Shown here: in pieces, positions 38,937 through 49,712 of the stretch | Layout: each line of letters opens with the position of its first letter | Position numbering within the stretch: the stretch's first letter is position 1 | NCBI GenBank assembly: GCA_963662545.2 | Contig: CAXXLL010000002.1 | Coordinates: forward strand, 2,368,001 to 2,432,000 | Length of the DNA stretch: 64,000 nucleotides | Direction of reading: 5' to 3' | From: Gammaproteobacteria bacterium | GTDB lineage: Bacteria > Pseudomonadota > Gammaproteobacteria > Ga0077536 | Translations under genes and position numbers: made by a program | The notes under the pieces: generated by a model | What the model was told of the DNA's origin: nothing | The model's database searches: none | What the model saw: only the letters and a program-made list of their open reading frames with translations

Positions 38937-39535
38937 GGGAATCCGGCAGCGCTGATCATGCGCCGGACCGGCCCGAAGGTTCGGCGGTGCTCGACAGTGA
39001 TACCGCAGCGTTGGAGTGCTGACAGGTGCTCGGCGGTCGGATATCCCTTGTGCCTGGCGAACCCGTATTCCGGATAGCGCACATCGAGTTCGAGCATCAA
39101 TCGATCGCGTGTGACCTTCGCCACGATGGATGCCGCACTGATCGACGGAACTGTGGCGTCGCCGGCGACTATGGCGGCGGCAGGACAAGGCACGCGCGGG
39201 CAATACGTACCGTCGACGACGATGCGATCAGGGGGACGTGAAAGGTTTTCGACCGCTCGTTGCATCGCCACCAGCGTCGCCTGCAGTATGTTCAAACTCT
39301 CGATCTCGCGCACGTTCGCGACGCCGATACCGATCGCGCAAGCCGTCGCGGTGAGAGCCTCGAACAGACGTTCGCGCTGGCGCGCGCTCTTCTGCTTGGA
39401 ATCACCCAGACCGGCCGGGACATCGTCGCCCAGAATAACCGCCGCAGCGACGACCGGGCCGGCCAGCGGGCCGCGGCCCGCTTCGTCGACGCCCGCAACA
39501 AATTCATAGTGCCCGCTTGCTTCGCCGGCGATCAC
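38933..39535 (-). CDS. rnhB: Ribonuclease HII
   Basis: GVDEAGRGPLAGPV, DSK, SISAASIVAKV, HKGYPT. Confidence 0.96.
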   Translation of the reverse strand: MIAGEASGHYEFVAGVDEAGRGPLAGPVVAAAVILGDDVPAGLGDSKQKSARQRERLFEALTATACAIGIGVANVREIESLNILQATLVAMQRAVENLSRPPDRIVVDGTYCPRVPCPAAAIVAGDATVPSISAASIVAKVTRDRLMLELDVRYPEYGFARHKGYPTAEHLSALQRCGITVEHRRTFGPVRRMISAAGFP

Positions 39536-40665
39536 GACTCGACCAGCCGGAGCACTGCGTTGGCGGCGTTTCGTGCGGCCCCGCACTGCATACCCTCATG
39601 CAGAGATCGGCTGGTCGCCAGGAAGTCGGCCCGTCTGTCCACATCGTTAAGCCAAGCAAGCAATTCGCGGCAAATGACGCGCGGTTCGAGCGCGTCCTGG
39701 ATCAATTCCGGTACCAATTCCCGCCCAGCGAGAATGTTGGGCATGGCGATACGCGGAATCGTCACCATACGCCTCATTATAAAGTAGGTGACGGGCGCCA
39801 GGCGGTAGCCGACGACCATTGGTGTCCCACACAACAACCCCTCGAGAGAAGCCGTACCGGAAGCCACCACAGCGGCATCGGCGGCAGTCAATACGCGCTG
39901 CGCGTCCCCGTGGACCAGGGTGCAGACGAAATCAGGGTCGATGCGCGCGATGCAGCGTCTGGCTTGATCGAGGTGCTCCTTGCGAGCCGTGCAGAGTACA
40001 AAATGCGCCTGTGGCAGTTCGCGCCGAAGCATGGCCGCGCCCTCGAGAAAAGGTTGGAGCAGACGGTTGAGTTCCTGTTGGCGGCTACCTGGCAGAATCG
40101 CTATCAAAGGCCCATCGCTGGCGATACCGAGCGCGCTACGCGCGCCGCCGATATCCGGATCCAATGGCAACAGGTCTGCCAGAGGATGTCCTACGAACGA
40201 TGCGCGGGTGCCGTAGCCATTGAAATAATCCGGTTCGAACGGAAATACCGCCAATAGAAGATCGACCGCTTTGCGCAGGGATTTCGCTCGCGACTTTCTC
40301 CACGCCCAGACTTGGGGGCAGACATAATGGACGGTACTTATTCCCCGGCGTTTGAGCGCGCGCTCGATGCCGAGGTTGAAATCCGGCACATCGATACCGA
40401 TGAACACATCCGGCGGCGCATTGAGAAAGTGCTGGATAAGTCGTCTGCGAAGCCGGCGCAACGCCGGAAAGCGGCGCAATACTTCCACCAGCCCCATGAC
40501 GGAAAGCTCGTCAATTCTCGCGATCTCGCGGCAACCGGCCGCGATCATGAGGGGCCCTGCCATACCGTCGAAGTGCGCGTCCGGGACCTCGGCCCTCAAG
40601 GCTCTTATGAGCTCCGCGCCCAAGCGATCGCCCGATGCTTCGCCAGCGACAATACCAATGCGCAT
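39532..40665 (-). CDS. lpxB: Lipid-A-disaccharide synthase
   Basis: VAGEASGD, ID.PDFN, PQVWAWR, LPGSR, SGTASLE. Confidence 0.96.
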   Translation of the reverse strand: MRIGIVAGEASGDRLGAELIRALRAEVPDAHFDGMAGPLMIAAGCREIARIDELSVMGLVEVLRRFPALRRLRRRLIQHFLNAPPDVFIGIDVPDFNLGIERALKRRGISTVHYVCPQVWAWRKSRAKSLRKAVDLLLAVFPFEPDYFNGYGTRASFVGHPLADLLPLDPDIGGARSALGIASDGPLIAILPGSRQQELNRLLQPFLEGAAMLRRELPQAHFVLCTARKEHLDQARRCIARIDPDFVCTLVHGDAQRVLTAADAAVVASGTASLEGLLCGTPMVVGYRLAPVTYFIMRRMVTIPRIAMPNILAGRELVPELIQDALEPRVICRELLAWLNDVDRRADFLATSRSLHEGMQCGAARNAANAVLRLVES

Positions 40666-40669
40666 CTAG

Positions 40670-40883
40670 CCTCGCTCTCCCACCCGCGTCGGTACGATTC
40701 CCTAACAGGTTGTTGAAAAACGATGTCCCTATCGTTTTTCAACTCGCAAGACGAAAACGCGGTTTCCGTCTTGCTCCATCAATCAAGCACATAGCGTGCT
40801 CGATTGATGCCGGCACATCCCTGTGCCGGGCACAGGCTGTCGAAAAACGAGTTTTTCAATAGCCTGCTAAGTCTGACAGACTG
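40670..40883. mobile_element. Family B MITE remnant (outer element), CTAG-flanked
   Basis: CTCTCCCACCCGCGTCGGTACGATTCC|CTAAGTCTGACAGACTG matches the right end of 27095-27387; CTAG at 40666-40669 and 40884-40887. Confidence 0.72.
40706..40866. mobile_element. MITE family C nested inside the family B remnant
   Basis: TIRs CAGGTTGTTGAAAAAC / GTTTTTCAATAGCCTG; perfect CTAA duplication. Confidence 0.85.
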
Positions 40884-41657
40884 CTAGCGCACAATGCCAC
40901 GGGTCGACGACCGAATAAATTCGAACATCTGATGGGCCTGCGTGTTCCCATTGCCCTCGCACTCTAGGATTTTCATCGCTTCCTCGAGGGTATGTCCCTG
41001 CCGGTAAAGCGCCTTGTAGCAGCGCTTGAGCGCCGCGATCGCTTCCGGTTCGAACCCGCGTCGCTTGAGTCCCTCGCGATTGATGCTCCGCGGACGGGCC
41101 GTATTACCGTCCACCATGATGAATGGGGGTACGTCCCGGACGATGATCGCGGCGATCGCCGAAAAGCTGCTTTCGCCCATGCGGCAGAATTGATGAACGC
41201 CCGTAAATCCACCGAGGATCGCGAAATCGTGGATCTCGGCGTGCCCCGCCAAAGTGGCATTGTTTGCGAAGACCGTGTGGTTTCCTACCTGACAATCGTG
41301 GGCGATGTGACAATACGCCATTATCCAGTTTTCGTTTCCGAGGCGGGTTACGCCGCCACCATGACCGGTACCACGATTGATTGAGCAGTATTCCCGAATC
41401 GTGTTGCCATCACCAATTTCCAGCCGCGATTCGCCGACACCGTCAAACTTCTTGTCCTGCGGATCGCCCCCAATACAACAAAATGAGCCGATGGTGTTAT
41501 TCGCGCCGATCTTTGTCGGTCCAATCACTATCGCATGCGGCTCGATGCGAGTACCGGGGCCGATTTGTACGCCTCGACCGATGAGCGACCAGGCACCGAC
41601 TTCAACATCAGACGCCAGTTCGGCATGACCGTCCACTCGCGCTGTCGGATCGATCAA
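40884..41657 (-). CDS. lpxA: UDP-GlcNAc acyltransferase
   Basis: Hexapeptide repeats, GDPQDKKF, HIAHDC, VHQFCRMG. Confidence 0.96.
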   Translation of the reverse strand: MIDPTARVDGHAELASDVEVGAWSLIGRGVQIGPGTRIEPHAIVIGPTKIGANNTIGSFCCIGGDPQDKKFDGVGESRLEIGDGNTIREYCSINRGTGHGGGVTRLGNENWIMAYCHIAHDCQVGNHTVFANNATLAGHAEIHDFAILGGFTGVHQFCRMGESSFSAIAAIIVRDVPPFIMVDGNTARPRSINREGLKRRGFEPEAIAALKRCYKALYRQGHTLEEAMKILECEGNGNTQAHQMFEFIRSSTRGIVR

Positions 41658-42130
41658 CTGAACGATTCTCTCTCGGTCGTCATGAACTCCGCGCTTGCTA
41701 CCACCTCACCGTTGACTTCCGCCGTCGCGCTGAATCGGTAAATACCTTTGAGGTGGCGCATGAGTGTCGCTTTGAGGATAAGCTGATCCCCCGCCGTCAC
41801 CGGTTGCTTGAATCGCGCCTTGTCGATCCCGACAAGGTAATAGAGGTTGCCTTTTTCATTCCGCGACTTGTTTGAATAAAAGGCCAACATGCCGGTCGCC
41901 TGCGCCATGGATTCGAGAATCAGCACCCCCGGCATAATCGGATGGTCTGGGAAATGCCCCTGGAAATATGGCTCGTTAATCGAGACGTTTTTCAAGGCCT
42001 TGATCGATTCGAAAGGCGTATATTCAATGATCCGGTCAATGAGTAGAAACGGATATCGATGCGGCATCGTTTGCAGAATTTTGGAAATCGACAGATCTTC
42101 CATTAAGCTCTCCGCCGTTACTGTATCCAT
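41654..42130 (-). CDS. fabZ: 3-hydroxyacyl-ACP dehydratase
   Basis: PHRYPFLLIDR, GHFP..PIMPGVLILESMAQ. Confidence 0.96.
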   Translation of the reverse strand: MDTVTAESLMEDLSISKILQTMPHRYPFLLIDRIIEYTPFESIKALKNVSINEPYFQGHFPDHPIMPGVLILESMAQATGMLAFYSNKSRNEKGNLYYLVGIDKARFKQPVTAGDQLILKATLMRHLKGIYRFSATAEVNGEVVASAEFMTTERESFS

Positions 42131-42286
42131 ACTTCACCTTTTCCGGGAACAGCTAAAATATTCGAAGCGCGTGCCACCGACCGCGCTATTGGAACCGAAC
42201 GACCGCATGCTCATTGCGAAGATCGATATCGAAAGCCGTTGAAGAGGTATTTTTCTCACCGCGATGCGACCGGGATCGATTGCCAC

Positions 42287-43272
42287 TCAGGATTCGAGCG
42301 GCTTGATCGATTCCGATCGACTAGAACGACCCGATGTACGTCGAATATTGGCCACTCGACGCCACCATCTGGAACTGATTTCAGCTGGCCACCCGGAAGA
42401 ATGTCGCGATCCACCTACCTCGATCGGGGGTGTAACCATACTCATAGCAGTTATGGTCACCCGTTCGGCGATAACTATGCCCTCACCAATTCCAACTTTT
42501 CCTCCACTTAGACAATGATGTCCGATTCTCGCTGCGCCGACGACGACCGTCTGACCGGTTACGGCGGTATTTTCGCCGACGCGCGAATCATGTCCGATAA
42601 GTACCTGGCTGTCGAGAGCACACCCGTTCTCGATGAGGGTGTCGCCGAAAACGCCGCCGTGTACCACGACTTGCGCAAGAATCGTGACGTCGTCCCCGAT
42701 CTGCACGCCGCCGAAGTTCGGAATGCGCAACCATCCTGGACGAGTGAAAATCCGCTTTTTCCTATCACCGTACCCGCACCAACGTGCACCCGGTTACCGA
42801 TCTTCGCCGGCCCGAAGATCATCGCACCTGATTCAATCCTGCAAAAAGCGCCGATCGACACATGACCGCAGATGACTGCGCCGGACTCAACTACGGTTCG
42901 CTCTCCGATTCAAACCGAAGAAGCGAGGTCCGCGTTTTCTGATATCTCGGCCGACGGCGCTACCGTGCACTCCGTTTTACGAAAATAATCTAACGCGTTT
43001 CTGCGGACGGGCAGCCAGGCCGCGGCTCGCGAGATTGCGATCAAGACTTCTTCGACAATCAGCACGTTGGAGAGCTTTAGGTGGTAGGCATCGGCACGGG
43101 TGGCTACCATTGCGGCGGCTACCCCCGCCGCGCGCTGACTGCCGACACAAAAACTGATATCGCGAGAACACGCGTGCGCAGGAGTTGCAAGGGAGTCAAT
43201 TTCCAGTTCTTCCAGGCGCTCGCTGTCACCAGTTCCGAAACGACGGGCGAATTCGTGGAGACGTAAAGCCAT
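42287..43272 (-). pseudogene. lpxD: lpxD pseudogene (nonsense codon plus frameshift)
   Basis: Canonical skp-lpxD-fabZ position; hexapeptide repeats; in-frame TGA at 42910-42912; frameshift near 42731 before RIPNFGGVQIGDDV. Confidence 0.82.
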
Positions 43273-43350
43273 CGGTCTCCTGTCGCCTTGATACTGGACG
43301 GCCTCCGGACGGTGTGATCGACGCGGTCGGCTTAACGACCGGATTTTCGT

Positions 43351-43884
43351 CTAGTTCGCTTCCTTCTTCAGTCGTTCTATAACCTGGTCGGTAATATCGA
43401 CTTTCTCGCTCGCGAAGACGACGCCGGTTCCAAAAACCATGTCAAAGGACTGCTCTCTGGCGAGGTCGGTGATCGCCTCAGCAATTTTGCGCTGGATCTT
43501 TCCCATTTCCTCGTTGCGGCGAAAATTGACGTCTTCCTGAAACTCCGTCGTACTGCGCTTGAGTTCGCGCCGCTTGTTGACGATGTCCCGTTGCAGCCGC
43601 GTACGCTCCGCCTCGCTCATTATTGCGCCGTCCTTGGTAAATCGATCTTCAAGGCCCTTGAGGTCTTTTTGCGAGGCGACAAGATCACGATCCCTCGTCG
43701 CGAATTCTTTCTCGAGCTTTTTGCGAGCCGCATCCGCCTGCGGCGATGCTTCCAGTATTCTCGGCGCGTTGACGACGCCCAATTTGTAATCTGCCGCATA
43801 ACTCATGCTCATCGACAATACAAACAGCAATGGCGAAATTATCGAGAATCGTTCAAATCTATTCACTGCAGTACTCCAGTGCAT
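43351..43884 (-). CDS. skp: Periplasmic chaperone Skp/OmpH
   Basis: KLGVVN, LEKEF, DITDQVIERL; follows bamA. Confidence 0.92.
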   Translation of the reverse strand: MHWSTAVNRFERFSIISPLLFVLSMSMSYAADYKLGVVNAPRILEASPQADAARKKLEKEFATRDRDLVASQKDLKGLEDRFTKDGAIMSEAERTRLQRDIVNKRRELKRSTTEFQEDVNFRRNEEMGKIQRKIAEAITDLAREQSFDMVFGTGVVFASEKVDITDQVIERLKKEAN

Positions 43885-43932
43885 CGTGTATTAAATTCTG
43901 GCATTTTACTTCGTCTGAGCCGTGCGCGGTTG

Positions 43933-46278
43933 TTAGAACTGCGTTCCAAAATTGAATTGAAATTTCTGGAGTTCGTCACCCAACTGATCGCGAAACGGCT
44001 GCGCGAAACTCACCGACAATAGCCCAAACGGGGACATCCAAATTCCCGAAATTCCCACAGACATCCGCAGATCGCGCAGATTAAACTCGTCGTCCTTGTC
44101 CTCCGCAAAAACGCGGCCAGTCGTCGTGTCCTGAAAGAACAAGGTATCCGCCCCATAAACATTGCCTGCATCCAAGAATCCGGATAGCCGAACGGACTTG
44201 AAGTCTTCAAGAAACGGGACGGGAATAATGACCTCGGCGTTGCCGACCAACGAAATGTTTCCGCCCCGAGCACGGCCGAAGGAGTCTTCCGGTCCAAGAG
44301 AATTTTCTTCGTAACCTCGCACTGTGCGCGGCCCGCCGGCAAAAAAGTTCTCAAAGAACGGGAGTTCCGAGGTGTCGCCGTACGCGTCTCCGTACCCCAC
44401 TCGGCCTTTCAACAGTAGCGTGTAATTTCTTATCAGCGGAATGAATATGCGAGCGTCGTAGTCAATCTTGAAATATCGAAGATCCCCGCCGGGAAGTGCT
44501 ACCTGTCCCCGTATGCGATGCAAAACCCCTCGATCGGGAAAGATCGCCGCGTTCCTAGTGTCATACGAAAACGACGACGTTACTCTGACAATGTCGTACT
44601 TGTTTCCTTCTAGAGCCAGAAAATCCCTGATAATTGGATCGAGAAAGAAGGGATTGGTATTGATTTCGGTCGATTCGTAACTGATGCCGGCATTGATGAA
44701 TCGATATTCGCTGATGGGGATACCGAAGTTCATGCCACCGGAATACGTTTTGGTGTCGAATACCGTGCGGTTGGTATTGCCCGGTTCCGTCTTGCTGTAC
44801 GACACGTCAAACCCGCGCGCAACACCATCGATGGTCCAGTAAGGATTGAGATAGCCCAATCTGAAAGTTTGGTTGATTTCGCTGTTATTGAAAGCAAAGC
44901 TGACGCTTTTCCCGCTGCCGAGAAAGTTGTCCTGGGTCACATTGGTATTAAAAATGATACCGGCGGATTGTGAAAACCCGAGCCCCAGCAACAGGTTCCC
45001 GGAAGGGCGTTCTTTTACGGTGAAATTGACGTCAACTTGATCGGTGGAGCCGGGTACGGCCGGGGTTTCGACGTTGACGTCCTCAAAATAACCGAGGCGG
45101 CGCAATCTAGTTTTCGAGCGCTCGACCTTTTTGGTCGATATCCACCCTCCTTCGAGTTGGCGCATTTCCCTTCTCAAAACCTCGTCGCGCGTTTTCGCGT
45201 TCCCAAAAAAGTTGACGCGCCGTACGTAAACCCGCTGCCCCGGATCGATGAAATAAGTGATTCCTACCGTGCTGTCCTCGTCGTGAATATCAGGAATGGC
45301 ATTAACGTTGGCGAACGAATATCCCTCGGTACCGAGACGGTCGGTAATATTTTTACTGGTCAAGGTCAGCATTTTGCGCGAGAACAGCATGCCTTCACGC
45401 GTCGCGACCCATTTGAACAGTTCTTCGGGCTCCACGATCAGGTTGCCGGCAAGTTTGACATCCCCGACGGCGAACAATTTGCCTTCCGTAATGTTGATCG
45501 TAACGTAAACGTCGGCTTTATCCGGCGTGATCGACACCTGAGTCGAATCGACCGAGAAATTGATGAAACCCGTGTCAAGATAGAGTGAACGAAGGGATTC
45601 CAGGTCGCCAGCCAACTTCTGCTTGGAGTATTGGTCGTCCTTGGTAAACCAGCTGATCCAATTCGGCGTAGTCAATTCGAACAGTCCGAGAATATCCTCG
45701 TCCGAGAACGCCTCATTCCCGATAACATTGATCTGCTTTATCCGCGCGGTTTCGCCTTCAGAAATTGTAAAAGCAATTTCAAAGGACTTGTCGGAGACCG
45801 GAATCAACTCGTATTCAATACGAACGCCGTATTTACCATTGGCGTAGTACTGACGCCGAATTTCCTGAGTTACCCTGTCGAGCTTTGCTTCGTTGAAAAC
45901 CTCACCCTTGGCAAACCCGATCTCTTCCAGTCCCTCGAGCATATTGTCCGTCTCGATCGATTTGTTTCCTTCGAAGGTAATATCCGTGATGGTCTCGCGC
46001 TCGATGACGATAACGACTAGCACGTCACCGTCGCGTTCGAGCCGGACGTCTTTGAAAAATCCTGTTTTGAATAGCGCACGGACCGCGTCTCGGTATCGTT
46101 TGTCGTCGACCGAGTCACCAACACTGATAGGAAGGTAATTAAAGACGGCGCCGGGGGAGATTCGCTCTAATCCCTCGACCCGGATATCATCGACGATGAA
46201 CGACTCAGCGGCGTGGGAAGCCACCGCGAAAATCAAGAGAACGGCGCTTGTCCAGCCCGCAAGAAAGGCTCTTAGCAT
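43933..46278 (-). CDS. bamA: Outer membrane protein assembly factor
   Basis: POTRA domains, VRGY motif, C-terminal FQFNFGTQF. Confidence 0.97.
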   Translation of the reverse strand: MLRAFLAGWTSAVLLIFAVASHAAESFIVDDIRVEGLERISPGAVFNYLPISVGDSVDDKRYRDAVRALFKTGFFKDVRLERDGDVLVVIVIERETITDITFEGNKSIETDNMLEGLEEIGFAKGEVFNEAKLDRVTQEIRRQYYANGKYGVRIEYELIPVSDKSFEIAFTISEGETARIKQINVIGNEAFSDEDILGLFELTTPNWISWFTKDDQYSKQKLAGDLESLRSLYLDTGFINFSVDSTQVSITPDKADVYVTINITEGKLFAVGDVKLAGNLIVEPEELFKWVATREGMLFSRKMLTLTSKNITDRLGTEGYSFANVNAIPDIHDEDSTVGITYFIDPGQRVYVRRVNFFGNAKTRDEVLRREMRQLEGGWISTKKVERSKTRLRRLGYFEDVNVETPAVPGSTDQVDVNFTVKERPSGNLLLGLGFSQSAGIIFNTNVTQDNFLGSGKSVSFAFNNSEINQTFRLGYLNPYWTIDGVARGFDVSYSKTEPGNTNRTVFDTKTYSGGMNFGIPISEYRFINAGISYESTEINTNPFFLDPIIRDFLALEGNKYDIVRVTSSFSYDTRNAAIFPDRGVLHRIRGQVALPGGDLRYFKIDYDARIFIPLIRNYTLLLKGRVGYGDAYGDTSELPFFENFFAGGPRTVRGYEENSLGPEDSFGRARGGNISLVGNAEVIIPVPFLEDFKSVRLSGFLDAGNVYGADTLFFQDTTTGRVFAEDKDDEFNLRDLRMSVGISGIWMSPFGLLSVSFAQPFRDQLGDELQKFQFNFGTQF

Positions 46279-46318
46279 AGATTCGTTATTAGTTGTTAGA
46301 GATGTCCGTCACCAGCGT

Positions 46319-47674
46319 TCATAGAATGCGTAGAATGTCGTTGTAGACGGCCAGCCCCATGAGGCTCAACAACATTACCAGACCGATTTGTTGCCCGTAA
46401 GCCTGAAGATGCTCGGACACCGGTTTTCGCGTCACGAATTCTATCAGGTAATAGAGAAGGTGTCCGCCATCAAGCAGTGGAATTGGCAACAGGTTAAGCA
46501 CGGCAAGTGAGACACTGACGAGGGCTAAAAATTCGAGGAATCGAGCCGGTCCCATTTTCGCCGATTGCCACGCATAATGAGCGATGCTAATCGGCCCGCT
46601 AATGTTGTGAACCGAGGCTTCTCCAATCACCATCTTGACCAGAAACTTGAGCGTGGTAACGCTCATTTCCCAGGTGCGCGCGGCGGCACCGAAGACCGCT
46701 GGTACCGGACCGTAACGCTCGATGCCCATCGGCACGGTCTGAAGGTCGTCCGGAATCCTTACCTCAGCGCCGATTCTGCCGATGATTGCCCCATCTACGT
46801 CCACTTCCGCCGGTGTCAGCGTAATCCGAACGTCTTCGTCGGATCGGGCGACCAATAAGTCCAACGGCTGCCCCGGGTTGGCTCGAATCAATTCCACCCA
46901 CTCGGTCCAGGTCTCTATCTCGCTACCATTGGCTTCGACGATTCGATCACCGGGTTCGATACCCGATTGATGAGCCGGTTCGCCCGGCACAACGCGTGCG
47001 ATTACCGGAGGTATCGAAGGCCGCAGGGGCGTAATACCGATTTCGGTAAAAAAATCTCCTTCGCTGATATCGTCGATGGAGACTTCGGTGAAATCGAGAT
47101 CGGATAATCGTTCGGAACCGCCGGGTGTACGAATGACGATGTCCACTTTGCGACCATCAAGAATCGCGCCCAACGACTTGCGGAAAACGCCGTCCCAAGT
47201 GTGCGTCTTAAGGCCTTCGACTTCGACGATCTCGCTGCCCTGAACCAATCCGGCACGCGACGCAAGCGAACCGTCTTCCACTTCGCCAATGATCGGGCGC
47301 GGCCCGCTGACACCCATTACCAGCATGACCCAATAGGCAAAAAACGCGAATACGAAATTCGCAATCGGCCCCGCCGCTACCACGGCAGTGCGGGTCGCCA
47401 GGGACTGCCGGTTGAAGGCCCTATGGGCTTCCTCTTCGGCCACTTCTCCTTCACGCTCGTCGAGCATTTTCACGTAGCCGCCCAGCGGTACGACCGCAAT
47501 CACGAATTCCGTTTCGCCTGCCTGCCGCCGCCACAGGGGTTTTCCAAAACCGACCGAGAACTTGAGAATCTTCACCCCCAGTCGTTTCGCAACCCAGAAG
47601 TGCCCGAATTCATGCGCCGTAACGAGCACCCCGAGTGCAACGACGAACGATGCAAGCGTCTGAATGATTTCCAT
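46319..47674 (-). CDS. rseP: RIP metalloprotease
   Basis: HEFGH, PDZ domains, NLLPIPLLDGG. Confidence 0.96.
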   Translation of the reverse strand: MEIIQTLASFVVALGVLVTAHEFGHFWVAKRLGVKILKFSVGFGKPLWRRQAGETEFVIAVVPLGGYVKMLDEREGEVAEEEAHRAFNRQSLATRTAVVAAGPIANFVFAFFAYWVMLVMGVSGPRPIIGEVEDGSLASRAGLVQGSEIVEVEGLKTHTWDGVFRKSLGAILDGRKVDIVIRTPGGSERLSDLDFTEVSIDDISEGDFFTEIGITPLRPSIPPVIARVVPGEPAHQSGIEPGDRIVEANGSEIETWTEWVELIRANPGQPLDLLVARSDEDVRITLTPAEVDVDGAIIGRIGAEVRIPDDLQTVPMGIERYGPVPAVFGAAARTWEMSVTTLKFLVKMVIGEASVHNISGPISIAHYAWQSAKMGPARFLEFLALVSVSLAVLNLLPIPLLDGGHLLYYLIEFVTRKPVSEHLQAYGQQIGLVMLLSLMGLAVYNDILRIL

Positions 47675-48858
47675 CAGTGAACGCCTTCGGCCAACTTCAT
47701 ACGAACCTGTTCGCGTGCCTGTTCATCGGCCTCAAGTATGGCTTGCAGATCGGAGGCTTCTCGTGCGCTGACGTTTTCCAACGCATGCTCCACCAGTATC
47801 GGGATCGTCGTAAAACCCGTTTTCTCATCGAGAAAAGCCGCGACCGCGACTTCGTTTGCCGCGTTGAGAATAGCGGGGGCGGTCCCGCCGGTCATCATCG
47901 CGTCTTTCGCCAGCTGCAGACACGGAAAACGATCGTAGTCCGGCTCTTCGAAATCCAATTTTCTGACTTCGAACAAATTGAGCCGGTCGACGCCCGCATC
48001 ACAGCGCTCGGGCCAGGCCAGTGAATAGGCGATCGGGGTGCGCATGTCGGGATTACCCATTTGCGCAAGCACCGATCCATCAACGTACTCGACCATCGAG
48101 TGGATGACGCTCTGTGGATGAATGACGACTTCGACCTGCTGCGGCGACGTGCCGAACAACCAACAAGCTTCTATCACTTCGAGACCCTTGTTCATCATCG
48201 TCGCTGAATCCACGGATATTTTCCTTCCCATAACCCAGTTTGGGTGTGCACAGGCCTGGTCCGGCGTCACGTGTTCAAGTTGCTCCAGCGGAATTGTGCG
48301 GAATGGGCCGCCGGATCCGGTTAACAACACCCGTGACACACCGACGGCGCCCAATCCATGCCCGAAGTTCAAGGGCATACACTGGAACACCGCGTTATGT
48401 TCACTGTCTATCGGCAGCAGTTCAGCTTTACTGTCGCGAACGGCATCCATAAACAGTTGCCCCGACATCACCAGCGATTCCTTGTTGGCCAGCATCACGC
48501 GCTTACCTGCTTTTGCCGCTGCGAGATTCGGTAGAAGACCTGCGGCACCAACGATACCCGCCATGACATAATCGACCGCATCGTCGGAGACGACCGCCGA
48601 CAGTGCTTCGACCCCGACCAGTACTTGGGTGTCTAGATCTGTTGACCGACAGCGCCTGTCCAATTCCTCGCCTGCCTGGTCTTCGACCATCACGGCATAG
48701 ACGGGGTTCCATTGCCGGCACTGTTCAAACATCGCATCGACATTCGAATAAGCGGTAAGGGCGAAAACCGTGAAACGGTCAAGTTGTCTCGAAATGACGT
48801 CGAGTGTATTGACACCGATCGTGCCGGTCGAACCCAGGATGGAAACGGCCCTCTTCAT
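47674..48858 (-). CDS. dxr: 1-deoxy-D-xylulose-5-phosphate reductoisomerase
   Basis: [42 protein letters not shown]. Confidence 0.97.
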   Translation of the reverse strand: MKRAVSILGSTGTIGVNTLDVISRQLDRFTVFALTAYSNVDAMFEQCRQWNPVYAVMVEDQAGEELDRRCRSTDLDTQVLVGVEALSAVVSDDAVDYVMAGIVGAAGLLPNLAAAKAGKRVMLANKESLVMSGQLFMDAVRDSKAELLPIDSEHNAVFQCMPLNFGHGLGAVGVSRVLLTGSGGPFRTIPLEQLEHVTPDQACAHPNWVMGRKISVDSATMMNKGLEVIEACWLFGTSPQQVEVVIHPQSVIHSMVEYVDGSVLAQMGNPDMRTPIAYSLAWPERCDAGVDRLNLFEVRKLDFEEPDYDRFPCLQLAKDAMMTGGTAPAILNAANEVAVAAFLDEKTGFTTIPILVEHALENVSAREASDLQAILEADEQAREQVRMKLAEGVH

Positions 48859-49664
48859 TGCTGCCCTGCGCTGATGAATCCGACGGTAAAAACGGGTGCC
48901 GCCGCGAGTAAGCTGTCGATTCGGTCCAGAATACCACCGTGCCCCGGCAGAATAGAGCCGCTATCCTTTTTCCCGCAGCCGCGTTTGAGCAAGCTCTCCA
49001 GCAGATCACCGACGACCGAGGCGATCAGCGTCGCTGCGACGATCACGAGGACGACCGCGAGCGATGCCGGTTTCAGTAGCGCGGTCCAGATCGCCGCGAG
49101 AATCAGCGTTCCGATCAGCCCGATCACCAGACCTTCCCAGGTTTTCCCCGGACTGATGCGGCTTGCCAGGCGCCGCCGACCCAGCGCCCGGCCTCCGAAA
49201 AAGGCAAGAATGTCAGCGCTCCAGACCAGGGCGAGCAATGCGATCAACAGGCCAGGCCATCGTACGAGAAGGAAGTAAACCGCGATCCATGCTGGAATTA
49301 AGACAACCCAGCCCAAAATTGCGATGCCGACGCCGCTTTGCAGGCGCGGCGCTTCTCGCATTTGATAATGAACGATCCACACGGCCGCGACCGCCCACCA
49401 TATACAGGCGAGGACCAGCAATCCGTATTCCGCCGCGGGGCTTGGAATTATTCGATGGAGCGTGACCGCGAGCACGACGGTCAAAAAAGCATACAACCAA
49501 CGTGAAAGCGGTGTACGGGCACCTGCCAGCGAAGCCCATTCGAACGCAGCGATGAATATGAACACCGTAAGAAAGCCCTGCATGAGCAGCGGCGGTAAAT
49601 AGAGGATGCCTGCGACTACCAGCGGCCCCAATATCACTGCCGTCAAAATTCGGGCTGCAAGCAC
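48855..49664 (-). CDS. cdsA: Phosphatidate cytidylyltransferase
   Basis: [37 protein letters not shown]. Confidence 0.96.
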   Translation of the reverse strand: MLAARILTAVILGPLVVAGILYLPPLLMQGFLTVFIFIAAFEWASLAGARTPLSRWLYAFLTVVLAVTLHRIIPSPAAEYGLLVLACIWWAVAAVWIVHYQMREAPRLQSGVGIAILGWVVLIPAWIAVYFLLVRWPGLLIALLALVWSADILAFFGGRALGRRRLASRISPGKTWEGLVIGLIGTLILAAIWTALLKPASLAVVLVIVAATLIASVVGDLLESLLKRGCGKKDSGSILPGHGGILDRIDSLLAAAPVFTVGFISAGQQ

Positions 49665-49712
49665 TCGGGCACCGCTGCAACGGGTTCCCTAGATCACCAA
49701 ACCCGCAGGCTA

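Noticed and set aside
38937-39203. N-terminal extension of DnaE in the ORF track (1246 aa), or an intein
   Set aside because: The extension overlaps rnhB; ATG 38936 gives a normal 1157-aa protein with no visible intein.
42910-42912. TGA in lpxD as selenocysteine or alternative genetic code
   Set aside because: TGA ends many intact genes here, and the gene also carries a frameshift.
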